Positions 1 to 11,015 of a stretch of DNA of 64,000 nucleotides are shown here, in pieces. The translations under genes were made by a program, and so were the position numbers. The stretch lies in NCBI GenBank assembly GCA_963749655.1, contig CAVVOB010000026.1:1-64000 (forward strand), given 5' to 3'. How positions within the stretch are numbered: the first letter of the stretch is position 1; every line of letters starts with the position of its first letter. The notes below the pieces were generated by a model. It made no database searches. It saw nothing but the letters and a program-made list of their open reading frames with translations, and was not told the origin of the DNA. Origin of the DNA: Nitrospirota bacterium (GTDB lineage: Bacteria; Nitrospirota; UBA9217).

Positions 1-899
1 GGTGCTTGACTTAAACCAGAACGTGGAGAGCATGCTCAAGATGCTCCGGCGACTCATTGGCGGCATTAATATAGCCTGGCTGCCTGAGGCGGGCCTCGGT
101 CTGGTCAAAATGGATCCCGTCCAGGTCAGCCAAATCCTGGCCAATCTTTGTGTGACGCCAGGGACGCCATTACCGACGTCGGCAAGGTCACTGCAACGGG
201 AAACACGATCTTGACGAAACCTACTGCGCTCAGCATGCCGGGTTTTTAGTGGGAAAGTATGTGCTGCTGGCCGTCAGCGACGATGGATGCGGCATGGACA
301 AGGAGACTCTCGACCAAATTTTCGAACCGTATTTCACGAGCAAGAGGGTGGGCCAGGGAAGCGGCTTGGGGCTATCTACGGTGTATGGCATCGTCAAGCA
401 GAACAACGGATTCATCAACGTCTACAGCGAACCAGGGAAAGGAACAACCTTTAGAATCTACCTGCCCCGGTACGCGGGCCAAGCCGTCGATACCCACCAG
501 GAAAAGGATGCGGAAATCCCTCTCAGCCGCGGCGAGACAGTGCTGGTGGTGGAGGATGAGCCTGCGCTCTTGACGATGGCTAAAATAATGCTGGAAGAAT
601 TAGAGTATCAGGTGCTGGTTGCAGGCACGCCGGCCGAGGCCATTGGGCTGGCCGAGAAACACGCGCGCGAGATACACCTTCTCATCACCGACATCGTCAT
701 GCCGGAAATGAACGGCGGGGACCTGGCGAAACAGTTGCAATCCCGTTATCCCAGCATGAAAATTCTGTTCATGTCCGGCTATACAGCCGACGTGATCGCC
801 CACCGGGGTGTGCTGGACGAGGGCGTGAATTTCATCCAAAAGCCATTCTCTATGAAGGAACTGGCCGTCAAAGTGCGGGATGCGGTAAGCGATACGTGA
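1..899 (+). CDS. Hybrid sensor histidine kinase/response regulator, C-terminal part (5'-partial, frameshifted near 170-240)
   Basis: HATPase motifs (QILANL, DDGCGM, FEPYFTSK, GSGLGL) then a receiver domain (VVEDE, LITDIVMP, FMSGY, QKPF). Confidence 0.9.
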
Positions 900-996
900 G
901 GACGCTGCGAAGTCGATCATGGTAAGCGGCTAAAAACCGCATTGACTGGGGCTGGCAATCCCGCATTATTAGTCTATAAAAAAAGATAGAAATAGC

Positions 997-1203
997 ATGG
1001 ATACTACGGCATCAATAATGTGGGGAATATTGTTTGGCTCAATCGGTATGGGATACTTGATATACGGAAGAAAACAACGGCAAGGCATTGCTCTCCTATC
1101 TGGTGTTGTATTATGTGTTTTTCCTTATTTTGTCTCCAACGTGTTTCTTATGATTCTGATTGCCATTATTTTAATGGCTCTCCCCTATTTCTTAAGATAT
1201 TAG
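997..1203 (+). CDS. Small hydrophobic membrane protein (68 aa)
   Basis: ATG ORF with 2-3 hydrophobic segments, more AT-rich than its neighbours. Confidence 0.7.
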   Translation: MDTTASIMWGILFGSIGMGYLIYGRKQRQGIALLSGVVLCVFPYFVSNVFLMILIAIILMALPYFLRY

Positions 1204-1297
1204 GCGACTTCTGGACTTCGGCCTACCAGGAGATCGACGACTGAGGCGCTCTGGCAGGCGCGGGTGATATCGGCTCCGCGAAGGAATATTAAATGCC

Positions 1298-2038
1298 ATG
1301 ACCGTAACAGAAATTCGTGCCCGTTTGCAGAAACTTGGGAACAAGGAGAAAGCACTGTTCCTAAAGAGATTCTTCAAGACTGGGCCCGGAGAGTACGCCG
1401 AAGGGGACATCCTGCTCGGCATTCGCGTCCCTGATATCAGGAAGCTGGTAAAGGAATATCAGGCATTGACGGTTCAGGATGTTCTGCCGCTCCTCCGCTC
1501 TCCCTTTCACGAGGAAAGATTGTTTGCGCTTCTCCTGCTTGTGAACGCCTATGCAAAAGGAGAAGGCCCCGACCGAAAGCAAATCTACGAGATGTATTTG
1601 AATAACACTCACTCCATTAATAACTGGGACCTCGTGGATTGCTCCGCATCTCAGATCGTGGGGGCATTCCTGATGGACAAAAACAGGAAACCTCTCTACC
1701 GACTGGCTAAATCGGACAGCCTATGGGAGCGCCGAATCTCGGTGATGGCGACGTTTCATTTTATTAAATGCCATCAGATGTCGGATACGCTGAAGATTGC
1801 ACGGTTGCTGCTTTCGGATAAAGAGGACCTGATCCACAAAGCAGTGGGATGGATGCTGCGCGAGGTTGGAAAACGAGACTTGCGATGCGAGGAAGACTTC
1901 CTGAAAGAGCACTGCAGGCAGATGCCGAGGACCATGCTAAGATACGCGATAGAAAAGTTTCCCCAGCCCAGGAGGCAGATGTACCTGGATGGGACGATAG
2001 AACGCTCATCCTCTGGTTTATCTGCGTGCTTGTTGTGA
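1298..2038 (+). CDS. DNA alkylation repair protein (AlkD-like)
   Basis: Family motifs RFFKTGPGEY, NNWDLVD, LWERR, DLIHKAVGWMLRE, MPRTMLRYAIE. Confidence 0.9.
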   Translation: MTVTEIRARLQKLGNKEKALFLKRFFKTGPGEYAEGDILLGIRVPDIRKLVKEYQALTVQDVLPLLRSPFHEERLFALLLLVNAYAKGEGPDRKQIYEMYLNNTHSINNWDLVDCSASQIVGAFLMDKNRKPLYRLAKSDSLWERRISVMATFHFIKCHQMSDTLKIARLLLSDKEDLIHKAVGWMLREVGKRDLRCEEDFLKEHCRQMPRTMLRYAIEKFPQPRRQMYLDGTIERSSSGLSACLL

Positions 2039-2225
2039 GCGTGTTTGCGGCCTACATCGACGGCCGCGCGCTGCCCGCCGGTGCAGATTATCTGAAGGTT
2101 TTCCGGATTGGCGGCTGCACGGCCTTTGCCGCTTATTCGCTTGTTCTTCTCCAGAATTCCATCTGGTACCTGCGCAACTGGGGCGCGACTGCCAGATCCA
2201 TGTTCGATGACCTCGCTGCCGTATT
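2000..2225 (+). pseudogene. Fragment of a hypothetical membrane protein
   Basis: Protein-like hydrophobic stretch LILWFICVLVVSVFAAY..SIWYLRNW with no start of its own. Confidence 0.4.
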
Positions 2226-2249
2226 CAATGCGGCACGGGCGGGAAAATC

Positions 2250-2444
2250 ATGCACATATTCAAATCATTTTGGCTGGAGTGGTGGCAGGCGAGTTTGTTT
2301 AAGATTTCCATGGCGTCATTCGGCATTGCTTTGGGCGCTACCTGGCCGGACGTTTTCACCGGTTGGATTGCCGTGCTCTGGTTGGTGTTTCTGTTTACGG
2401 GGAGTTATGTCACTTACGTCTGGTGGCGACAGGTACGTTCTTAA
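2250..2444 (+). CDS. Small membrane protein (64 aa)
   Basis: Trp-rich ORF with two hydrophobic segments. Confidence 0.6.
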   Translation: MHIFKSFWLEWWQASLFKISMASFGIALGATWPDVFTGWIAVLWLVFLFTGSYVTYVWWRQVRS

Positions 2445-2524
2445 ACGGGCGCAGAGAATCTCTCCGCAGGGGAATCGGCCTGACACGGTGCCCGGTCCGG
2501 GATTGAGCAAAGGAGGTAACATCG

Positions 2525-3175
2525 TTGAAGATCATAGCTGTTAATGGAAGTCCGAGGAAGGGATGGAACACGGCAACGCTGCTGGGGAAGGCTCTCGACG
2601 GCTCAGCGGCGCGAGGGGCGGATACGGAACTTGTTCATCTTTACGATCTCACCTACAAAGGGTGCGTGAGCTGTTTTGCCTGCAAAATAAAAGGCGGCAG
2701 CAGTTATGGGAAGTGCGCGGTCAAGGATGACCTGGCGCCAATCCTGGAAAAGGCCGGGGAAGCCGATGCCCTCATCCTGGGTTCCCCGATCTATTTCGGG
2801 TCCGTTACGGGAGAGATGAGATCGTTTATGGAACGTTTGCTGTTCCCCTATCTGACCTATACCGATCCCTACGGGTCGCTTTTCCCCCGGAAGATCAATG
2901 CGGGGTTTATCTATACCATGAATGTTACCGAGAAGCAGATGCAAGAACGCGGCTTCGATCGACACACCGTTCTCAATGAAATGGTCCTGCAGATGGTATT
3001 CGGGGCTTCAGAGTCTCTCTTTTGTTTCGATACGTATCAGTTTGAGGATTATTCAAAAGTGGTTGCGGATCTGTTCGATCCGGAAAAGAAGGCACAGAGA
3101 CGCAGGGAGGTGTTTCCGGAAGATTGCGAAAAGGCCTTTGCCATGGGTTCTCGATTCGCAAATTATCTGCGATAA
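2525..3175 (+). CDS. Flavodoxin-family / iron-sulfur flavoprotein (NADPH-dependent FMN reductase fold)
   Basis: GSPRKGWNT, CVSCFAC..C, GSPIYFG; AGGAGG RBS before TTG start. Confidence 0.9.
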   Translation: MKIIAVNGSPRKGWNTATLLGKALDGSAARGADTELVHLYDLTYKGCVSCFACKIKGGSSYGKCAVKDDLAPILEKAGEADALILGSPIYFGSVTGEMRSFMERLLFPYLTYTDPYGSLFPRKINAGFIYTMNVTEKQMQERGFDRHTVLNEMVLQMVFGASESLFCFDTYQFEDYSKVVADLFDPEKKAQRRREVFPEDCEKAFAMGSRFANYLR

Positions 3176-3229
3176 TAGCTCCGGCAGTTTTATGTCCTCC
3201 ACGGCATTGAAGAACTAAGGATCTGGATA

Positions 3230-4338
3230 TTGGCCCGCTATTCCCATCAGCACGTGCAGAAGATTCAGGCGGCCGTTCTGCGCACGAAGGGCGGTCCCTT
3301 GAAGATCGAATCCCTCGAACTGGAAGGTCCGCGAGACGACGAAGTCCTGGTGCGCATCGTCGCCACGGGCATCTGCCATACCGATATCGACTTCTGCGAC
3401 GACTGGGACGGGGCAGCCAGACCCGGTGGTGCTGGGTCATGAGGGCGCGGGCGTCGTGGAGCGGGTCGGCAAGAACGTGTAAAGGTGTCAGACGCCGGCG
3501 ATCATGTCGTGCTCTCCTACCAGTCCTGCGGCCGCTGCCGTCCGTGCCGGCAGCGGACACCCTGCGGATTGCGAGCACTTTTACGAGGCGAACTTCGGTT
3601 TCCAACGCCTGGATGGCAGCAATGCGCTGGCATCGAGCGGCGTCAGCGGGCACTTCTTCGGTCAGTCCTCGTTTGCCACCCACGCCCTGGCGACCGAGCG
3701 CAACCTCGTCAAGGTTCCCAAAGACCTGCCTCTGGAGATTCTGGCTCCGCTGGGCTGCGGCATGCAGACCGGAGCCGGCACCGTGATGAACTCGCTTAAG
3801 GTCCCGGCCGGGGCAAGCATCGCCGTCTTCGGCACGGGGGCGGTCGGCCTGGCGGCGGTCATGGCGGCGCGCATCGTCGGCGCCGACCCGATCATCGGCG
3901 TCGACATCATCCCCCAGCGGCTCAAACTCGCCCTGGAATTGGGCGCCACCCATGCCATCGATAATCGCCAGGATGAGCTCGCCTCCCGCATCACGGATAT
4001 CACCGGCAGCGGCGTTGATTATGTGCTGGAGATTACCGGCGATCCGGAGATGCACCAACTCGCTATCGACGTGTTGAATCCCCATGGAACGGTGGCGCTT
4101 CTCACCGGCGCGAGTGGCTCCCGGCTCTCTGCCGGAAGGGCGGAAAACCCTCAGCATCATCCAGGGCGATGCCGTGCCGCAGCGCTTTATCCCGAAGCTG
4201 ATCGCGCTCTACCGGGCGGGCGGTTTCCCTTTTGACCGCCTCGTGAAGTTCTACGACTTCAGCGAGATCAACCGGGCCATCGCCGATGCCAGAGCGGGCA
4301 AAACCATCAAGCCCGTGCTGCGAATCAGCGAGGCGTGA
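3230..4338 (+). CDS. Zn-dependent (aryl-)alcohol dehydrogenase, several frameshifts
   Basis: GICHTD, GHEG across frames, LGCGMQTG, GTGAVG, IKPVL; pieces in ORFs 3230, 3485, 3504 and 4084. Confidence 0.85.
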
Positions 4339-4664
4339 GGTAGCAGGAGTAGGGGAAGTTCAGATGGTGAGAAGTGAAACGAACGAACCGAACACGATTG
4401 CATACTATCCCCTCGGAGATTAATTCATTTATACGGTCAGGGGATGCGTCGATGACTCGGAGGCTGGCCAAAAGGTGTTGAATGCTACCTTCGTGTCCTG
4501 TAAGAAAAGATGAGATTGTTTCTTTCTTAAAGAATTGCGCCAGCAATATGCCCGGAATCATCTGCACAACATGATGAAAATCAGAAACGTGCAGAATTCC
4601 GATTTGAAACGTGGCGTGAAATACGGTACATCCGTTGTTATTGAGGTAAGCAAGAGGAGGGGGA

Positions 4665-4937
4665 ATGGATAAGGTCAATTGCTGGGAGTACAAAAAATGT
4701 GGGCGTGAACCCGGGGGAAAAAATCAAAATGAACTGGGGGTCTGCCGGGCGGTGCTTAACTTCACCCACAATGGGGAGAACGGTGGCCGGAGTGCGGGGC
4801 GCATTTGCTGGCAGGTTGTGGGAACGTTTTGCTGTGGCGAGATCCAGGGAACGTTTGCCGAAAAGACGATGAACTGTTCTCAATGCGACTTCTTTCTGCT
4901 GGTTAAGTCTGAAGAAGGTGCAGCCTTCGTCGCTTAG
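4665..4937 (+). CDS. Stand-alone two-CW domain Cys-rich protein
   Basis: NCWEYKKCGRE..RICWQVVGTFC..CSQCDFF; GGAGG RBS. Confidence 0.8.
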   Translation: MDKVNCWEYKKCGREPGGKNQNELGVCRAVLNFTHNGENGGRSAGRICWQVVGTFCCGEIQGTFAEKTMNCSQCDFFLLVKSEEGAAFVA

Positions 4938-5102
4938 GAGAGGGTCCCCCGGATATCTGCACGGTCATTTCCGAACGTGATCCTTGCGTGCGTCATGCGG
5001 AATTGACCGGGGGAGAGCTTCATGTTCACGTTCAACCCGATACATGTTTTCATCCCCGCCGGTTCCTTGATGTCTTGCTCCGGCACGTAAACATATCAAA
5101 CA

Positions 5103-5167
5103 TGTCATGCCGGACTTGATCCGGCATCCAGTCTTTTCAATAGATTCCGGCTTCCACCGGAATGACA
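5103..5167. repeat. REP/RPE-like palindromic element (GTCAT..ATGAC class)
   Basis: TGTCATGCCGG-ACTTGAT-CCGGCAT..GATTCCGG..CCGGAATGACA; related copy at 52416-52484. Confidence 0.75.
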
Positions 5168-5200
5168 AATTAAATATCTGGTCGCCCAAGGATACCCTCA

Positions 5201-5810
5201 ATGCAGTTTGCCACTCTTCGCCTGATCGTTATCATCCTTGCGGTAGCCGCCCAAGTATATCTCTATGCCCGTGCCCGGCAAGCCACTCAATTATCACGCC
5301 GTTCCGCCGTCTTCAAGTTCCGGGCCATCCGCATCATAGGTGCAACCATTGCCCTGCTCTTTGTCGGCAACGTATACATTATGATCAGACCTATCCCGTG
5401 GGTGGACCCGCCGACGGCGGCGCAGGTCGTGCTCTTCTATCCGCCGGCAGTGTGGGGCTTTGGGTCGATCTTTTCCGCGGTGCTCCTCTTTTTGACGAGT
5501 ATTGGCGCTCGGACGGGGCGGATGCTCGTTCGATTCTATCGTGGATTTCCTGGTCGGACGCTTTTTCTTCCCCCGAATCCGGGGCGTCGTAGCTTTCTGA
5601 AAGCGGGGGTGGGGGGAATCGCCGCCGCCCCCTGATCTTGTCCGGATACTGTGCAGCCTCTGCCCGTAATGACTACGAGGTGCGGGCGCTCACCTTACCG
5701 TTCGGACACCCGTTGCGAGTCGCCCAGCTCTCTGATATCCATGCAGGTATTTACATGAACCGGGAAGAGATTCGGCGTTACTCCGACGAAGTCAGTGCCC
5801 TCCAGCCGAT
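5201..5810 (+). pseudogene. Membrane-anchored metallophosphoesterase, frameshifted and 3'-truncated
   Basis: TM N-terminus, RRSFLK, then QLSDIHAG; similarity ends after ALQP and later catalytic motifs are absent. Confidence 0.7.
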
Positions 5811-6100
5811 GCAAGGCAACTGTGATGAGATCGGAGTCTGCAACGTTTCCTGCAGTGCTGCGCTGCAGGCGGCTGAGGAGTCCTGAAAGCGTACCGTTGG
5901 ATGTGCAGGTCCGGGTTGCGCAGCCTGAGCCCGCTGCATTACTGAGTACAGAGAGAAGTAATGTCTTATCGAAGCGGTGATCGGGATCGTGATGATCATT
6001 GCGGCATTGATGATGTGACTGCAGGAAGAAGAATATCTGAACTGTTGTTGCCCGGTCCTGCCCCCCCCGTTCCCCCCGTTGTCGTACGCTGCGCGAAAAC

Positions 6101-6856
6101 TCACCGGAAGTTCTGCCACAGCAGTTTAACACTGACAGCGAGGACTACTGCGATGAACACCGGCCGGATGAAGCGGCTCCCCTTTTTGATGACCAGGCGG
6201 GAGCCGATGCGGGCGCCTGCGAACTGTCCCAGTCCCATGATGATGCCCTCGGGCAGCGAGACGAATCCTCCCGCGAAAAAGAAGGCAAGGGCTACAAGGT
6301 TGCTCGTAAAGTTCATCACCTTGGTGTAGGCAGTGGCGCGGGTCAGGTTGAAACCGAGGAAGAGGACGAAAACCATGGCCCAGAAGGTGCCGGTTGCGGG
6401 ACCGAAAAAACCGTCATAGAATCCGATCGCCAGGCCGAAGAGGAGGAAGAAGGGGTTTCTGCCCATTCGCTCACGCACATCCGCCATACCAAGACGGGGC
6501 GAGAAAAGCATGGTCAGGGCTATGACGATGAGCAGAACAGGAATCGCCCTGCGGAGAAAGGAAGGGTCGAGCGTCTGCACGGAGAGAGAACCGAGCGCGG
6601 CGCCCACGGCGGTCCATACAATGCCTGCGGCACAGTCCCGGAGGTTCACGGTGCCGGCGCGGGCAAAGTGGAGCATGGCGCTGCCCGAGCCGAAGGTGCC
6701 CTGGAGCTTGTTGGTGCCGAGCGCAGTCTGGGGCGGCATGCCCATGCCGAGAAGAACGGGAATGGTAATGAGTCCGCCGCCTCCGGCCATGGAATCAATG
6801 AGCCCCGCAACAAGACCGGCAGCGAACAGGAGCGGGAACTTCAGAAGAGGAATCAT
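6101..6856 (-). CDS. TSUP (TauE/SafE, YfcA-like) transporter
   Basis: DSMAGGGGLITIP, ALGTNKLQ, GFYDGFFGP, NFTSN. Confidence 0.9.
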   Translation of the reverse strand: MIPLLKFPLLFAAGLVAGLIDSMAGGGGLITIPVLLGMGMPPQTALGTNKLQGTFGSGSAMLHFARAGTVNLRDCAAGIVWTAVGAALGSLSVQTLDPSFLRRAIPVLLIVIALTMLFSPRLGMADVRERMGRNPFFLLFGLAIGFYDGFFGPATGTFWAMVFVLFLGFNLTRATAYTKVMNFTSNLVALAFFFAGGFVSLPEGIIMGLGQFAGARIGSRLVIKKGSRFIRPVFIAVVLAVSVKLLWQNFR

Positions 6857-6971
6857 TATGCCTTCAACCTGAGGATCCGGAGATTTGATCGGCGTTCTTT
6901 CCGTCGATTACGAAGCGCCATCGTCCAGCATTATACCATAACCTTATGGCGGATCAGCTTTTTCCCGGTGC

Positions 6972-7124
6972 AATCCCGCGCCTTGGCATCCCCCGGCTTC
7001 TGCCGGGGGTGGAAAGCGCTCACTCGCGCGTGACACGAACGTGTCACGCATGCGCGAGTTTCGCAGTTCCGGGAGGTCGCGTTGTTCGAGGGAGCCTCCG
7101 GCTCCTGCCGGAGGGGGCTCCACT
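6972..7124 (+). repeat. Structured ~150-bp dispersed repeat, copy 1
   Basis: AATCCCGCGCCTTGGC..GGCTCCACT, near-identical to 43446-43639 and 51460-51613; several GC-rich hairpins. Confidence 0.95.
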
Positions 7125-7445
7125 GACGCAGATGGTGGTCATTGAAAATTCCATTCCTGTGTGTGTTCTGTGACATCTGCGGAGAGAACGGTTTTACAGC
7201 GAGGGTTCCGCCGCAAATCGGCACTCATCTGTTCGTTTCTGGTACCGGATGGTTGGTCCCTTGCTTGAAAGCAATAAATGTGTTACCTTACTAAAGACCG
7301 GCCGGATGAAAAGTCGTACAATGAAGTACTGAACCATCAAGATCCTTGAAGAATGAGCGCGGTTCCGTGTTGAAACACATAACTCGGCTGAGCAGGGCAC
7401 CGAAAGAAAAGACCTGCCCCTTCGGGTCTGCAGAGAGAGTGAACC

Positions 7446-8147
7446 TTGAAAAAGATACTGATCGACCGGGAAATCAGCAAGCTGTTGCTCGAGAAAAAGA
7501 GCTACTTGAACCGTGCTGAAATGCGCCTTTATACTGCCGCGTCCCATGATGAAGCGCTCGAGATCCATCGCCGGGAACATGTCGACCTCATCATTACCGA
7601 TCTCGATACGCCAGGCATCGGCACCGAACAGTTTTGCTCCTTTATCAGGAAAGATCCGGCCCTGCTCCATGTCTCGATCATCCTGGTCTGCGCATGCAGC
7701 CCCGAACAAATGGTGCGCAGCAGACGCTTCGGGGTCGATGCCGTAATCCTCAAGCCGATCAAGCCGACTTTTCTTCTGGCAAAAGCGAGTCAGCTCTTGC
7801 ACCTGTCCTGGCGCCAAACCTACCGGGTGCTCCTCGACGTGACCGTGGACGGAAAGGTGAGCGATGGGACTTTTTCCTGCCGTTCGCTCGATATCAGCGC
7901 CGAGGGGCTTCTCATGGAGACGACACGGGAATTCACCATCGGCGAACGGGTGGTCTGTTCGTTCCTCCTCCCTGACGCTACACGCATCCAGGCGAAGGGG
8001 GAGGTAATCCGGGATCTGCCGACTGAAGAAGCAACCCAGGCCAGACGGTACGGCGTCCAGTTCCGCGACCTTACCCCCGATGAATCCAGGGCCATTGAAG
8101 CGTTTCTCGAGTCGCCTGCGCTTAAGAAGCGGCCTGCCATTTACTGA
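7446..8147 (+). CDS. Receiver domain + PilZ domain protein
   Basis: DLIITDLDTP and LKP (REC); RQTYR and DISAEG (PilZ c-di-GMP motifs). Confidence 0.85.
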   Translation: MKKILIDREISKLLLEKKSYLNRAEMRLYTAASHDEALEIHRREHVDLIITDLDTPGIGTEQFCSFIRKDPALLHVSIILVCACSPEQMVRSRRFGVDAVILKPIKPTFLLAKASQLLHLSWRQTYRVLLDVTVDGKVSDGTFSCRSLDISAEGLLMETTREFTIGERVVCSFLLPDATRIQAKGEVIRDLPTEEATQARRYGVQFRDLTPDESRAIEAFLESPALKKRPAIY

Positions 8148-8414
8148 AAGCCGCGAACGTCACGGACGGCCGCTTCTGACGCCCCCTTTGAGAACCCGCC
8201 CCGCTTGCAGCATCGCGCCCTACACTTACCTTTCCATATTCTTTCCGGGCTCCGAAAAAAGTAATTTCCATCCTGAAGCGATGACAACTCAAGGACGGCC
8301 GTACGCCCGGACTCCGCCTTAACTGAAACTGGATCATGTCTACCGGTATGCTGTCCTGCTTTTTCGAACCGTCAAGAGAGTGTTAAATGTCCGTTGCATT
8401 TGTCATCAGAAAAG

Positions 8415-8443
8415 TTGACAGATCAGGAATTTACTACTATGAT
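8415..8443 (+). promoter_or_regulatory. sigma70-type promoter of USP gene
   Basis: TTGACA-17 nt-TATGAT; overlapped by inverted repeat TGTCA-N10-TGACA at 8401-8420. Confidence 0.65.
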
Positions 8444-8549
8444 AGTCTCGATGCATCATATTGTTTCCGCACCAATCCGTTGCGTTTTTCGCGGACCTTC
8501 GGGCGTGCCGCGAAAATCATATAGGGAAATCAAATAAACAGGAGGGTAT

Positions 8550-9440
8550 ATGCCGGAGATTTGTCCCGTAGTCAACACGGAAAGATTGCTGCTTGCCACA
8601 GACGGTTCTGATTACAGCGAGGGCGCGATTCGGGAGGCCATCAGTCTTGCGAAGCAGTGTTCCAGCAAGCTTTCAGCAATATCGGTGATCGAAACGAATC
8701 CTGAATATGAGACGATCGCCCCGCAGCTGCTCGAACGATCGGAGAAGGCAGCCCGCGAGCACCTCGAGGCAGTGAAGGCCCGGGCGAAGAACGAGGGGGT
8801 CAACTGCGAGACCAGCATCCTGGAAGGCCAGGACTCCTATAATTATATTACCGACGAGGCTAAGAAATTCAAGGCATCGATGATCATCATGGGCAGGCGG
8901 GGAAGGACCGGCCTTAAGCGGCTGGCCATGGGGAGCACCACAGCGCGGGTCATCGGCCACGCGGCCTGCAACGTGCTGGTGGTCCCACGGTCGGCGCAGG
9001 TCGGCTTCAAGAACATCGTAGTTGCGACAGACGGCTCGCGGTATTCCGCAGCAGCCGCGTCGGAGGCTATCGGTGTAGCCAAGCGGAACAACAGCAAGCT
9101 CACGGTCGTCGCCGTGGTGCCTGCGGAGCTCGCAACGCCCACGGACATCGAATTCGCCATGCCGCAGCGGGAGATGCTCGCGGAAAAGGAGATGCACACG
9201 GCCGAGAAGAACGCCAAAGAGGTGAAGGAAGCCGCGCAGAAGGAAGGGGTGGTAGTACAAGCCTTTGTCATGACCGGAAAGCCGGCAGACGCCGTGGTCG
9301 AGATCGCCAGGGAAAAGAAGGCCGACTTCATCGTCCTCGGCAGCCACGGAAGAACGGGCCTCGAAAAGCTCCTCATGGGCAGCGTGGCGGAGCGGGTCAT
9401 CGTCCTTGCGGACTGCGCAGTGCTGGTCGTAAAAAAATAG
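8550..9440 (+). CDS. Tandem-domain universal stress protein
   Basis: Two USP repeats (ATDGS..GRRGRTG..MGS; ATDGS..GSHGRTG..MGSVAE). Confidence 0.95.
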   Translation: MPEICPVVNTERLLLATDGSDYSEGAIREAISLAKQCSSKLSAISVIETNPEYETIAPQLLERSEKAAREHLEAVKARAKNEGVNCETSILEGQDSYNYITDEAKKFKASMIIMGRRGRTGLKRLAMGSTTARVIGHAACNVLVVPRSAQVGFKNIVVATDGSRYSAAAASEAIGVAKRNNSKLTVVAVVPAELATPTDIEFAMPQREMLAEKEMHTAEKNAKEVKEAAQKEGVVVQAFVMTGKPADAVVEIAREKKADFIVLGSHGRTGLEKLLMGSVAERVIVLADCAVLVVKK

Positions 9441-9453
9441 AGCAAGCGTTAAT

Positions 9454-9566
9454 CAAGCTCCAAATGGCAAATAAGCATCAAGAACCGAGCAACAAATTCT
9501 AAACGTGTCTGTTGCACTTTGGGGATTGATGGTATTTGCGATTTGCTATTTGTTACTTGGAGCTTG
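9454..9566. repeat. Inverted heptamer-array element
   Basis: tggtatt-tgcgatt-tgctatt-tgttact-tggagct (9530-9564) with imperfect inverted arm caagctccaaatggcaaata (9454-9473). Confidence 0.7.
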
Positions 9567-9586
9567 TCACGGCTTTCTGTGATTGC

Positions 9587-10882
<1,296 letters not shown>

Positions 10883-10892
10883 CCATTCATAG

Positions 10893-10964
10893 CGCAACTT
10901 TAAATTGCACCAATAGCGGTCTGTTAGCCCCCATGTCCCCGTTGCCACGCCACATTTTGATGCA
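10893..10964. promoter_or_regulatory. Two NtrC-like enhancer sites
   Basis: 17-bp CGCAACTTTAAATTGCA (10893) and CGCCACATTTTGATGCA (10948) upstream of a sigma54 promoter. Confidence 0.5.
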
Positions 10965-11015
10965 CCATATTTTCCCATAGAATAAAATACAAAATAAAAA
11001 CAAGTAATTAAATAA

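Noticed and set aside
2973-4160. Long antisense ORFs (also 9449-10588, 12253-13410, 14998-16389, 16286-17947, 54737-55765, 58395-59537)
   Set aside because: Shadow frames of GC-rich genes on the opposite strand, with no motifs
6931-7224. Recurrent peptide TRSCHARVSAFHPR in ORFs at ~7 kb, ~43.5 kb and ~51.5 kb
   Set aside because: Translation of the structured DNA repeat, not a protein family; the GNAT start was moved to 51391 accordingly
7170-7445. Possible riboswitch (glycine or c-di-GMP) upstream of REC-PilZ
   Set aside because: Only isolated words (GGAGAGA, CACCGAA) match; the conserved order and stems could not be built
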